NCBI GenBank assembly: GCA_029006735.1
Contig: JAQXGN010000022.1
Span: 9,640-73,639, forward strand
DNA from: Bacillales bacterium
GTDB taxonomy: Bacteria; Bacillota_I; Bacilli_A; RFN20; CAG-449
Direction: 5' to 3'
Length of the DNA stretch: 64,000 bases
Under the pieces are notes generated by a model. That model did not search any database, was not told where the DNA came from, and was given only the letters and a program-made list of their open reading frames with translations. A program made the translations under genes and the position numbers. Position 1 is the first letter of the stretch, and each line of letters begins with the position of its first letter. Of this stretch, positions 29,856 to 39,894 are shown piece after piece.

Positions 29856-31137
29856 TTTGTTCTACCTCATCTTTTTTTCTTTGCAATTTAGCATAGTACA
29901 TACCTGTAGTTTGATACACAAAAGGGAAAAGAGTTAATTCTTCAACAAGTTCAAAGTCTTCATGTTCGCTCAAAAAAGAACGAACCATTTTATCATTCTC
30001 TTTAATATTTAAAGTTTGTGTTGCATATAATAATGTTCCACCTTTTTTAGTAAATAAACTAGCTTCATCTAAATATTTCTTTTCATTTTCGATAATTCCA
30101 TCTAAATCTGCTTGATTAAATGTAACTAAGATTTCTGGTTTTCTTCTAATTAAACCAAAATCACTACTTGGTGGAATAACAAGTACCTTATCACATGAAG
30201 CATATTTTAAATGTGTACAAAGAAGATTTATGTTGCTTTCAAAAGTATTATTTGAATTTAATTTAAATTGGTCATTTATTTTAATCGCATTATAGTATGA
30301 TTCCATAGTTAAAGCTGCATAATACACCTTACCCATATCAAATATTCTCATTGATATAGCATTTGCTAATACTGCTTTATTTTCACCAATTAAAAGAATT
30401 TTATCTCCTTGCATTACCTCTAATACATCAACTAGTTTTTGTTCAACTTGATCCATAACAAAAACATGATGTTTCTTAAATAATTCATTATTAATTAATG
30501 GTTCTTTTCCTATATATTCATATGTATATTCACCAACTGCAGTTTTTACAAAATTTTTATCATTTATTGGTTGGTCATCAATCATTAAATTAGGTGTAAT
30601 ATTAATAGGTGAATTTCTTCTGCTTGAAGCAATTGTTTTATAAGCATTTTTGCTTCCATAGTGTTTTCTCATCATTCCGACTAACCATTCAGGATAAGAA
30701 TATATTAATGAAGTTTTCTTAACAAAAACATTCTCAAACATCTTATCAATTGATGTTGGATTATTACCAATTCTAGTAAATAATTTTTCACATTCATCCA
30801 TATCAAAAGACAATGAATTTTCTACATAATTCTCTTTCATCATTCTAATTGTGTCTGTGATTGTAAAATTACGTGCATATCGAGCAAAAGATAAACTAGT
30901 AATGAGATAGTCAATTTGATCTATATCTTCTACTTTGAGATTTGATACAATTTCAAACTTTAAAAAATAGTAACGATTAATTACTCCTTTTAAAGCATCC
31001 TTAATAATTGAAATTTCACTTGTTGAAAGACTCATTTCATTTATTTTTTTATTTACCGCGTTAGCAAAAGAATACTTTTTCTCTTTTATCCCCTTTAAAA
31101 GAGTACATGCATAATCAATCAAATTCATAGTTCTCAC
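29848..31137 (-). CDS. RsmB-like protein (NusB-like N-domain plus degenerate m5C methyltransferase fold), predicted catalytically inactive
   Basis: It is in the syntenic position of rsmB, upstream of rlmN. Alignable text: FVMDQVEQ, DKVLVIPPSSDFGLIRRKPEI and GGTLLYATQTLNIKEN. SAM motif I (xAAPGGK) is LIGENKAV. The motif IV Cys is Ser (aa 323-324). The motif VI Cys is Gln (aa 374, CAA at 30018-30016). Confidence 0.75.
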   Translation of the reverse strand: MRTMNLIDYACTLLKGIKEKKYSFANAVNKKINEMSLSTSEISIIKDALKGVINRYYFLKFEIVSNLKVEDIDQIDYLITSLSFARYARNFTITDTIRMMKENYVENSLSFDMDECEKLFTRIGNNPTSIDKMFENVFVKKTSLIYSYPEWLVGMMRKHYGSKNAYKTIASSRRNSPINITPNLMIDDQPINDKNFVKTAVGEYTYEYIGKEPLINNELFKKHHVFVMDQVEQKLVDVLEVMQGDKILLIGENKAVLANAISMRIFDMGKVYYAALTMESYYNAIKINDQFKLNSNNTFESNINLLCTHLKYASCDKVLVIPPSSDFGLIRRKPEILVTFNQADLDGIIENEKKYLDEASLFTKKGGTLLYATQTLNIKENDKMVRSFLSEHEDFELVEELTLFPFVYQTTGMYYAKLQRKKDEVEQND

Positions 31138-31160
31138 CTCATCGTTTAGAAAATTGTTAG

Positions 31161-31667
31161 TTAGTTATTTTTTAATATATCATCGAAATTCGTAGGTCCA
31201 ATATCATTATTGTCATCATCTATTCCATTATCTTCAAAAATATTTCCAAGATAAATATCATCTTCATCATAATCTTCTCTATTTTCATTGTAATTTGAAT
31301 CATCAATACCAACATCATGACTACTTTCTAAGAACTCTACATAGCTTTTATTAATTGATTCATAATATGAGTTCTCATCAAAATATGAGAAATATAATCT
31401 GACATGAATTGAATAATCTTTACAAGCTTCAAATAATACTTTTTTAACATCATTTTCATATGGAAAGTATTTTCTAGGAGCGTCAATTCGAATAACTAAA
31501 TTAAATGAAGTTTGTTCGTGCCCTTTATAAAACACAAAAGAATCAGATGCTGTAAAAATCAAATCTTCATCTTTAACATTAAATGCTTTCGCAACATTAG
31601 AATGACATTTTTCATTGAGTTCTCCAATTAAAAATAAATCTAAACCTGTAAAATTAACAATAATCAT
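31161..31667 (-). CDS. Hypothetical protein with a strongly acidic C-terminal tail (N-terminal ~105 aa possibly DUF1904/tautomerase-like)
   Basis: Complete ORF. The C-terminal 60 aa are rich in D/E/N (DDSNYNENREDYDEDDIY...DDDNNDIG). The family assignment is only an impression. Confidence 0.5.
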   Translation of the reverse strand: MIIVNFTGLDLFLIGELNEKCHSNVAKAFNVKDEDLIFTASDSFVFYKGHEQTSFNLVIRIDAPRKYFPYENDVKKVLFEACKDYSIHVRLYFSYFDENSYYESINKSYVEFLESSHDVGIDDSNYNENREDYDEDDIYLGNIFEDNGIDDDNNDIGPTNFDDILKNN

Positions 31668-31859
31668 AAATATAAATACCTCATTTTTTTATTTTATAAA
31701 AAAAAATCTATTATGTAAATAGTTTAAAAATATTTATCATACAAAAGACAAGTAGCAATCTATTAATTGTTATTTATACGAGAAAAAGCAGCATAGATTT
31801 TATGAATTTATGTCATTTTTACTTCTTATAATGTAACGCATATTCTCTTATAAAACCAA

Positions 31860-34058
31860 TTAATAGTCTACACTAGGATCGACATTTACACTAACTTCCA
31901 CTTTATTATCTTTGTTAATGTATTGAATTAATTCTGATATTTCATGATAAATATCATTGTATTGCTTATATTTAAGTAAAATCTTTCGGCGATATTTATT
32001 ATTAACCTTCATTAAAAAAGGAGAACTTGGACCAATAATATCCACTTTTTTATTAGCAAATTTTGTTTCTAAAAAATACTTAATTTTTATTGAAGAATCA
32101 ATCACATCTTTTTCATTCTTACTAGAAAGAGTTAAAATTGTACAGTAAGTATATGGTGGATATTGTCCAAGCTTACGATTAAGCATTTCTTCGTTAAAGA
32201 AGCGATTATAATCTTGAATCGAAGCATCATAAATAACATAATTTTTTGGCATATATGTTTGGATAATCGCTTTCCCTACTTTTGTTGATCTACCTGCTCT
32301 ACCAATCGCTTGAGTTAATAAGCAGAATGTTCTTTCTGCTGCTCTAAAAGAAGGAATATTCAAGCCTAAATCTGCTAAAACAATTCCTACTAAAGTAACA
32401 TTTTGAAAATCATGTCCTTTAGCAATAATTTGTGTACCTACTAAAATATCTGCTTCTTGATTTTCAAAAGATTTAATCACTTTTCCAGTAGCGCTTCGAA
32501 TAGAAGCAACATCAGAATCTAATCTTAATACTCTTGCAGTAGGAAATAATCTAGCAATTTCTAGTTCAACTTTCTCAGTTCCAAAACCAACTTTAGAAAA
32601 CTGAACACCACCACATTTTGGACAAGTAGAAGGGATAAAAGAAACCCTATCACAATGATGACATTTTAAAAGATTATCACTACTATGATAAGAATAAGGT
32701 AAATTACATTCTGGACATATTAAAGCTGCACCACATTTTCTACAAGATACATGTGGTGCAAAACCTCTGCGATTAACTAATAACATAATCTGTTCTTTTT
32801 TATTCAATCTATCTTGTATCTCATGTCTTAGTTGTAGTGAAAAAATGACACTTTCTTTATCAATGTTATGATAATCAAGCATATCAATAATTTCCGTTTC
32901 TGGTAAAGAAACATCATTAAATCTCTTAGTCAAATATAATTGTCTATACAATCCTTTTAACGCTCTTATCTTTGTTTCTAAAGAAGGAGTTGCACTTCCA
33001 AAAATAATTTTGCATGATGGATTGTATTTTTGCCTAAAAAGTGCTACTTTTCTTGCGTCATAATATGGGCTAACTTCTTGTTTATAAGTCTCAACATGCT
33101 CTTCATCAATTATTATTAATCCAATATTTTTTAATGGAGCAAATATAGCAGATCTTGCACCTACAACAATATTAACTTCTCCTTTGTTTATCCTTCTATA
33201 TTCATCATATTTTTCTGCAGAAGTCAGATCACTATGAAGAATTGCAATATTATCAAAGCGTGATTTAAAACGTCTTACCATTTGAATAGAAAGACTTATT
33301 TCTGGAACAAGCATTAATACAGTTTTCTTTTCTTCTAACACTTTTTTTGCTGCTTGTAAATATACTTCAGTTTTCCCAGATCCAGTTACACCTTCTAAAA
33401 GGTAAATAGTATCTTCTCCATTAACAATTTCATTCAATGCTTTTAATTGTTCTTCATTTAATGAAGGATCAATTACTTTTTTAACTTCTTCTTGGATTAG
33501 ACGAGTTTTTTCTTTATAAATATATCGAATTTTATTTTTTTCTTCTAATTTAGGTAATAATGTTGTCTTTAAATCTTTCTTTAATACTAAACCATATTCC
33601 TTGATTCTTTGATATAACTCCTTTTGTTTTGCAGTTAAATCTGAGATATCTTCATCAATGACTTGAACATAAACATCATACGCTATTTTTGGCTTAGTTA
33701 ACGAAGATAATTTTGGTTTTAAACTAGGTGGCAACATTGTTTGATAGACACTAATTTTACTAGCAAAATAATATGATGAAATGTCATTAGCCAATTGCAT
33801 TAATTCATCATTTAGAATTGGTTCATAATCAATAAGAGAAAATATTTCTTTAACATTAATTCCTGTTTCTGAAATATAATCTTTCAATGATAAATCTACT
33901 TCTTTAATCGATTCAACATAACCAATTATCTTTTTATTTCCAAATGGAACTAATACTCTTACCCCTGGAACTATTTTTTCTTTACCAAAATAAGCATATG
34001 AAAAAGGGCGGTTCAATGAACTGGCTGCATATTCGATTATTACATCTAATATTACCAT
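31860..34058 (-). CDS. priA: Primosomal replication restart helicase PriA
   Basis: GVTGSGKTEVY (Walker A), IIDEEH, and the double zinc finger CRKCGAALICPECN...CHHCD...CPKCGG. Confidence 0.95.
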   Translation of the reverse strand: MVILDVIIEYAASSLNRPFSYAYFGKEKIVPGVRVLVPFGNKKIIGYVESIKEVDLSLKDYISETGINVKEIFSLIDYEPILNDELMQLANDISSYYFASKISVYQTMLPPSLKPKLSSLTKPKIAYDVYVQVIDEDISDLTAKQKELYQRIKEYGLVLKKDLKTTLLPKLEEKNKIRYIYKEKTRLIQEEVKKVIDPSLNEEQLKALNEIVNGEDTIYLLEGVTGSGKTEVYLQAAKKVLEEKKTVLMLVPEISLSIQMVRRFKSRFDNIAILHSDLTSAEKYDEYRRINKGEVNIVVGARSAIFAPLKNIGLIIIDEEHVETYKQEVSPYYDARKVALFRQKYNPSCKIIFGSATPSLETKIRALKGLYRQLYLTKRFNDVSLPETEIIDMLDYHNIDKESVIFSLQLRHEIQDRLNKKEQIMLLVNRRGFAPHVSCRKCGAALICPECNLPYSYHSSDNLLKCHHCDRVSFIPSTCPKCGGVQFSKVGFGTEKVELEIARLFPTARVLRLDSDVASIRSATGKVIKSFENQEADILVGTQIIAKGHDFQNVTLVGIVLADLGLNIPSFRAAERTFCLLTQAIGRAGRSTKVGKAIIQTYMPKNYVIYDASIQDYNRFFNEEMLNRKLGQYPPYTYCTILTLSSKNEKDVIDSSIKIKYFLETKFANKKVDIIGPSSPFLMKVNNKYRRKILLKYKQYNDIYHEISELIQYINKDNKVEVSVNVDPSVDY

Positions 34059-34077
34059 CAGGAACCCCCCCTATAAC

Positions 34078-34680
34078 TTATTTTTTTAATTCTTGTTCTT
34101 TATGATAAGCGACAAGCTTTAATTCTATTATACGCGAAATTTCTTCACTTGCACGATTAACATTATCATTTAAGATAATAAATTGATAATTCTTCTTTAA
34201 ATCCATCTCACGTTTAGCTTTATTTAATCTTTGACGAATAACACTTTCTTCTTCAGAACGACGTCCACGAATTCTATTTTCTAAATCACGAAGAGATGGT
34301 GGAACTAAAAACATCGATAGAACACCTGGATCATCTTTATAATAATCTAATACTTGTTTTGCTCCTTCAACTTCAATTTCAAGGAAAACATTCTTACCTT
34401 CTTCTCTAAGTTTTTCAACATAAAATTTAGGAGTTCCATAATAGTTCCCAATAAATTGAGCATGTTCTAATAATTCATCCTTTTTTAAAGCTTCTTCAAA
34501 CTCTTCTTTAGTAACAAAGAAATAGTCTTGTTTATCTACTTCACCTTTTCTAGGTAATCTAGTTGTCATTGAAATAGAATAAGCCAAATTCAAGCTTTCA
34601 TTTTTAAATAGTTGTTTTCTTACTGTACCTTTTCCAACCCCACTAGGTCCTGAAAAGACGATTAATAATCCTTTTTTCAT
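34078..34680 (-). CDS. gmk: Guanylate kinase
   Basis: GPSGVGKGTV P-loop and TTR.PR.GE motif. Confidence 0.95.
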   Translation of the reverse strand: MKKGLLIVFSGPSGVGKGTVRKQLFKNESLNLAYSISMTTRLPRKGEVDKQDYFFVTKEEFEEALKKDELLEHAQFIGNYYGTPKFYVEKLREEGKNVFLEIEVEGAKQVLDYYKDDPGVLSMFLVPPSLRDLENRIRGRRSEEESVIRQRLNKAKREMDLKKNYQFIILNDNVNRASEEISRIIELKLVAYHKEQELKK

Positions 34681-34863
34681 ATAATAAACCCTTTTTTATT
34701 TATATATATTAAATAAATATAAGTAATTATTCAAGCAAAAACGCCACTTTTTTGTAAAAAACAAGCAAAAAAGTTCAATTTTTATCATTGTTTTTTTTAT
34801 AAACATAATATATTATTCTTTAGTATTATATTTGAGATATGATAAAATGAGAAAGGTGATTTT

Positions 34864-36447
34864 ATGGCGATTTCAAATTATACATTTACTAGAATTTATC
34901 ACGATTTAAAACCAAGAATCTTAAATGCTAGAATATCAAAAATTGTTAAAATTTCTCCTCTTGATTTTTCTTTTTACTTATATGCAAATAAGCAAGAATC
35001 ATTGATTTTTTCTTTTGATGGGATGAATCCATATATGTTGATTTCCTCTAGTTATTTTAAAATGATTTCGGAAACAAATGGATTTACTTCATCATTAAAA
35101 AAATATTTTGAAGGCGGAACAATTATTGATTTTAAAAAGATAAATGAAGATAAAATATTCATTTTTACCATCAAAAAAATGACTCCAACATATCAAATAA
35201 TTATTAATAAATTAGTAGTAGAATTAATACCATATCGTCCAAACGCAATCATTATGGATGAAAACAATATCATTATAGACGCATTAAAAAAATCATCTTC
35301 ATTAGATGATCCTAATTTAATTATTAAAGGTGTTCATTACCAACCAAATATTAAAATTGCACATGAATTCACTAAAGATGATACTTTAGAATCATTGAAA
35401 ACTAAATTAACTAAACTTGTATATAATGAAGTATGTTATCGAGTTGAACATGGTGAAGATATTCCTTCAATTATAGAGGAAATCTATAATTCGAATACTT
35501 ATTATTCCTATAATCAAGATATTGTTTCTATCTATCTAAAATCAGTTAATGGGTGTAAAGAAATTAAATTAGAAGACTTATCTTCTATTTACGAAGAAAA
35601 AGAGCAAAACAAATATAAAAAAGACCATTATTCTTTAGCACTTCATACAGTAGAACATAAATTAAAAGGATTAAAAAAGAAATTGATTAATCTTGAAAAC
35701 GATCTTAAAAAGGCCACGATAAAAGCTAATTATGTCGAAATTGGAAACCTATTATTTATGAATATAGATCAATATCAAAAAGGAATGACAGAAATTGAAA
35801 TTGAAGGTATAAAAATTAAATTAGATGAAAAACTAGATTTAATTGGAAATGCCAATAAATATTTTAAAGAATATCAAAAATCAAAAAAAGCATTAGAGCA
35901 GATTGAGATTCAAAAAAGTATTACTAAAGAAAAAATTGATTATTTTGAAAAAATCAATAGCCAAATAAAATTTGCTACTCCTAACGATATGGAAGAAATC
36001 TTACTTGAATTAAAAAATGATGGATATCTACCAAAAGAAAAGAATCAACATAATAAAAAGAACAAAGTTAAAACTTATAATCCACACTATTTATTTAGTA
36101 ATGATGGATTTAAAATCGGATTTGGTTTATCTTCTTTTCAAAATGATTACTTAACCTTTGAATTAGCAAGAAAAAATGATTATTTCTTACATGTAAAAGA
36201 TGAACATGGTCCTCACGTCATTATTTTTAGTGATAATCCAAGTGAAGAAGCTATTACTCTTGCATCAGAAATCGCTTTATATTTTGCAAATAAAAACATG
36301 GGAGAAGTATATTTATTAGATAAAAAAGATGTCAAAAAGATTCCTGGGAAATTAGGGAAAGTATCATTTACAAATTATCAAGTAATTACTCTTTCTTCTA
36401 TTAGAGAAGAATCAATAAAATTATTTAAAGAATCATTAAAAAAATAG
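34864..36447 (+). CDS. rqcH: Ribosome quality-control protein RqcH / fibronectin-binding protein A family (NFACT)
   Basis: NFACT-N start, a central coiled coil, and the NFACT-R/DUF814 motif DYFLHVKDEHGPHVII. Confidence 0.85.
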   Translation: MAISNYTFTRIYHDLKPRILNARISKIVKISPLDFSFYLYANKQESLIFSFDGMNPYMLISSSYFKMISETNGFTSSLKKYFEGGTIIDFKKINEDKIFIFTIKKMTPTYQIIINKLVVELIPYRPNAIIMDENNIIIDALKKSSSLDDPNLIIKGVHYQPNIKIAHEFTKDDTLESLKTKLTKLVYNEVCYRVEHGEDIPSIIEEIYNSNTYYSYNQDIVSIYLKSVNGCKEIKLEDLSSIYEEKEQNKYKKDHYSLALHTVEHKLKGLKKKLINLENDLKKATIKANYVEIGNLLFMNIDQYQKGMTEIEIEGIKIKLDEKLDLIGNANKYFKEYQKSKKALEQIEIQKSITKEKIDYFEKINSQIKFATPNDMEEILLELKNDGYLPKEKNQHNKKNKVKTYNPHYLFSNDGFKIGFGLSSFQNDYLTFELARKNDYFLHVKDEHGPHVIIFSDNPSEEAITLASEIALYFANKNMGEVYLLDKKDVKKIPGKLGKVSFTNYQVITLSSIREESIKLFKESLKK

Positions 36448-36456
36448 GAGGATTTT

Positions 36457-37074
36457 ATGAAAGAATACGAATTTTATATATTTGATATGGATTTAACTTT
36501 ATTAAATACATTAAAGACAGCAGAATTATCATACACTGCTGCATTTAAAGCTTTAGGATTAGAATTTGATAAAAATAGCATTGTCCATCATTTATCCATA
36601 TCGCTAGAAGAAACTTTTAAAGAATTAAATAATCCTTCTTTTTCTTATGAAATATTTTTCACTTCTTTCCAGAAAAAAGCAATTGAAACAATGGTTGAAT
36701 ATTCCCATATTTATGAAGATGGCCTAAATGTAATTAGAAAATTAAAGGAAAAAGGAAAGACACTCGGTATTGTTACAAATCGCGATCAAAAAGTTGTATA
36801 TGCTGTATTAGAGCATGCACATATTAAAGACTTATTCTCAACTATTATTACCTTCAACGATGTAAAAAACTTAAAGCCTGACCCAGAACCAATATTAACT
36901 TGTATAAAAAGAGCTAATTTTGATGTGAAAAATTCAGTATATATTGGTGATGCTAAAAATGATTATATCGCATCTAATAAAGCAGGAATCGACTTTATCG
37001 CGATTGAAAGATATAACAATTGCACATTTTCTTGTCCAACCATCATTCATTCCTTAGAGGAACTCATTAAATAA
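36457..37074 (+). CDS. HAD-superfamily hydrolase (phosphoglycolate-phosphatase-like)
   Basis: FDMDLTLLNT (DxDxT), VTNR and GDAKNDY motifs. Confidence 0.85.
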   Translation: MKEYEFYIFDMDLTLLNTLKTAELSYTAAFKALGLEFDKNSIVHHLSISLEETFKELNNPSFSYEIFFTSFQKKAIETMVEYSHIYEDGLNVIRKLKEKGKTLGIVTNRDQKVVYAVLEHAHIKDLFSTIITFNDVKNLKPDPEPILTCIKRANFDVKNSVYIGDAKNDYIASNKAGIDFIAIERYNNCTFSCPTIIHSLEELIK

Positions 37075-37233
37075 GTATTAAAAAGCGTACAATCAATAGG
37101 GATGGGGATTTTTAGATAATGGCGCGACATTCATAGTTACGCCACTTCTATTAACTTCGTTTTGTCTGTTTTCACAGGCGTTGTTTCATCACAATCAGAA
37201 ACTCTGACCGCTTCGATACAGTTGTAGATTATT

Positions 37234-37879
37234 TTAATTCTTTGAGTTTTTACTCCGTAGATTTATTTTCGCTTCATAGTCGATAATCTTTTCTATGAAC
37301 GTTCTGATGATTTCGGCATTGAGTTCGGTTATGTCAGCATAGTCCCGTCCGTCGTGACAGGTTTTATTAACTGTAATCGTACCTTTATTAAAGTCAATAT
37401 CCGACCATTCCAAAGCCAACAGCTCTCCGATACGAAGCCCCCGAATACAGGCAAAGCACAATCCCGAACAGTTTCGTCTTTTTGCATGTCAGTACGGCTT
37501 GTTCTATTTTCTTCTGTTCCGGAAGTGTAAAACAAGACACCTCCTTTTCTTTTGTTTTCGGGTGTTTGATTTTATCCGACGTGTATTCTTTGAGTTCTCC
37601 TAGCGTGCAGGCGAGTTTCAGCAAATTCTGTATCACCGTAATAATTCCGTTTACCGAGTTTGCCGCTAAATCTTTTCCTGCTACGATATTCCCGCTCTAC
37701 ATCAGTTCCGTAACACATCTCTGCAAAACGAGCGACGTCAGTTCGTCAAATTCATATTCTCCCAATTTTACTTTCAGGTGCTTCTCAATGATTTCAGAGT
37801 ACCTTTCGCAAGTTTTTATCTTCTACGATAGCTGTATGTAATTACGAAACCATTCGTCCAACCAAATTCCATACTTCAT
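37234..37879 (-). pseudogene. Decayed tyrosine-recombinase (integrase) gene fused to a fragment resembling a serine-recombinase C-terminus
   Basis: ATG at 37879 follows a GGAGA RBS. Reading: MKYGIWLDEWFRNYIQLS-TAG (37825-37823) ... CVTELM-TAG (37699-37697) ... KKIEQAVLTCKKTKLFGIVLCLYSG. A 1-nt insertion in the run 37438-37442 (G5 on the coding strand) shifts the frame. Reading continues LRIGELLALEWSDIDFNKGTITVNKT and then the unrelated text ITELNAEIIRTFIEKIIDYEAK. The catalytic H-x-x-R...Y part is absent. GC by hand count is 46% in 37381-37480 versus 28% in 36901-37000. Confidence 0.85.
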
Positions 37880-37950
37880 TACAAATCTCCTTTTTTTCTT
37901 TATCTATATTATAAATTTTCTACTTATAAGCAAAAAATCCCTCATAAAAG

Positions 37951-37989
37951 GTAATAAAAAAGGAGAGAATAGATTTTCTTGTTCTCTCC
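37951..37989 (-). terminator. Second (tandem) Rho-independent terminator downstream of the GPH transporter gene
   Basis: GGAGAGAA (37962-69) pairs with TTCTCTCC (37982-89), 12-nt loop. A T6 run follows on the minus strand. Confidence 0.55.
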
Positions 37990-38002
37990 TGTCAAAATGA
38001 AT

Positions 38003-38044
38003 ATAAAATTAAAAAGTCGGACTATCTTAACGATTATCCGACTT
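38003..38044 (-). terminator. Rho-independent terminator downstream of the GPH transporter gene
   Basis: AAGTCGGA (38014-21) pairs with TCCGACTT (38037-44). TTTTTAATTTT follows on the minus strand. Confidence 0.6.
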
Positions 38045-38180
38045 TAAGCTATCATTAGAAGGCTTTTTTTCGTATTTATTTTGTAGTTTTTTGGCATCTC
38101 TGCCGTATCAATTTTCCCATTGATTGCAACTACAAATATTGTAATTACGCTTATTTTTTACTTAAATATTTACAAGTTAA

Positions 38181-39812
38181 TTATTCTGCGACTGGTTCTT
38201 GAACAACATCTGTAACTTTTCTTGCTTCAAGAATGTTTTTATCTTCTTCAGTATGTTTTTCAACATTCATCCAGATAAACATAATACCCATAATTAAGTA
38301 TGCAAGAGATTCAACACCGAATCCTAAGAATGTATGAACGAATGGTTTTGAAGCTGCTGGAACAATTGAGTTAATACCAACAATAATACCATTACATACA
38401 CCAGCCATACAAACCATAATTGATCCGTAAACTGCCATTGTAAATCCATCTGTACGGATACCATGTCTTGCTTCTTGGTGGTCTAAGATGTTAGCCATTA
38501 ATGCTAATGAAATATACATTGCAGGAGCAGTACCTAATGCTTTAACACAGAAGGAAGCAACAGAGATTCCTGATACTGCAGCAACATTTGCTTGAATTGA
38601 TGGGATTAATGCAACGAATGAAGCACAACCACCTAAGAATGCTAATGCACAACCCATAACAATAGTTTTTGCTTTACTAAACTTATTTGCTAATGGCCAT
38701 ACAATGACCATACCAAGTGCAGTAGGAATAGCACCAACTGTATTAATCAATGAAGATAATGCATTTTGACCTGTCATTGCGATTGAATAGAATGACATAT
38801 CATTATTTTTCATTTGTCCACCAAATTGATATAGGAAGAAGAAGATAATAATCATCCACCAATATTTATCTTTGACACATACTTTAATTTGATCCATCAT
38901 TGAAACAGATTTTACTTCTTCATTAGAAGTATTTTTTGATGTTGTAACGATTTCTTCTGTAATTCTTTCTCTTGTGAAATAGTATTCTAATAAACAACCG
39001 ATAACTAAGCAAACGACCATGATAATCATTAAGATAATCCATTTTGAGTTAGCTTGATCTGGAGTAATACCTTCAAGATAGGAACCAGTTGGATTAGCTG
39101 CAGTTATTTCTGTAGCAACAGATAAGTCATTTGTGACTTTTTCCACAATTTGACCATTTGCATCAAAAGCAAAATATTTATATGTTGGCAATAAACCGAT
39201 TAAGTCAACTAATAAGCCACCTGCCATACCAGATAAACCAGCTGCACCTAATTGGGCTGCCATAATACATGTTGATAATAATCCACGTTTCTTTTCATCA
39301 CGAGTTGATAAGTTAACAAGTGCTGAGTGAGATGTGTAATATAATGGCCATGCTAATGCATAATATAAGTTATATGCAACAGCAATAACAATTGATGCTA
39401 ATAAATTAGAAGTAGTACCTTTTCCGCCTAACCATTGAGCTCCTTCTGGTAATGGAACAAGGAATAGTAATAATAAAGCAACGGCGATAATAGGCATACC
39501 AATTAAAATTAATGGTCTTGCTTTACCAGCAAATGATGGTTTCTTCTCCATCAATCTACCAACGAATAAGTTACCAATTATAATAACAACTGCTGATAAG
39601 ATAGGTAAAAGTGTTTCAAATAATGGTGCCCACTTTCCAAGCATTAATACTTTATCCCAGTATTGAATGAGCCAAATATTGACTACACCATTACTGATTA
39701 AAGCTAGGATAGGTCCAAGTAAATATCCAAGTCCAGCTTCAGGGAATAAAGTTACATTATCTTTTTTGATTCTTGTTTTAAATAAACGTTTTTCAAAAAT
39801 ATTTGTTTTCAT
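38181..39812 (-). CDS. Glycoside-pentoside-hexuronide (GPH):cation symporter family transporter (MFS)
   Basis: 543 aa with about 12 TM segments. It has a MelB/YicJ-like N-terminal region and an insert between the two halves. Confidence 0.8.
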   Translation of the reverse strand: MKTNIFEKRLFKTRIKKDNVTLFPEAGLGYLLGPILALISNGVVNIWLIQYWDKVLMLGKWAPLFETLLPILSAVVIIIGNLFVGRLMEKKPSFAGKARPLILIGMPIIAVALLLLFLVPLPEGAQWLGGKGTTSNLLASIVIAVAYNLYYALAWPLYYTSHSALVNLSTRDEKKRGLLSTCIMAAQLGAAGLSGMAGGLLVDLIGLLPTYKYFAFDANGQIVEKVTNDLSVATEITAANPTGSYLEGITPDQANSKWIILMIIMVVCLVIGCLLEYYFTRERITEEIVTTSKNTSNEEVKSVSMMDQIKVCVKDKYWWMIIIFFFLYQFGGQMKNNDMSFYSIAMTGQNALSSLINTVGAIPTALGMVIVWPLANKFSKAKTIVMGCALAFLGGCASFVALIPSIQANVAAVSGISVASFCVKALGTAPAMYISLALMANILDHQEARHGIRTDGFTMAVYGSIMVCMAGVCNGIIVGINSIVPAASKPFVHTFLGFGVESLAYLIMGIMFIWMNVEKHTEEDKNILEARKVTDVVQEPVAE

Positions 39813-39894
39813 ATGTAAACCCTTTCTTTTATATTCTTATTTTAGTACATTATCTTTTTTTTTGCATTAAAAATTATAAAATGATTATTTCAAA

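Noticed and set aside
37482-37841. A 119-aa plus-strand ORF in the high-GC patch.
   Set aside because: It is antisense to the recognisable, though decayed, integrase reading frames. Its length is a by-product of the higher GC content.
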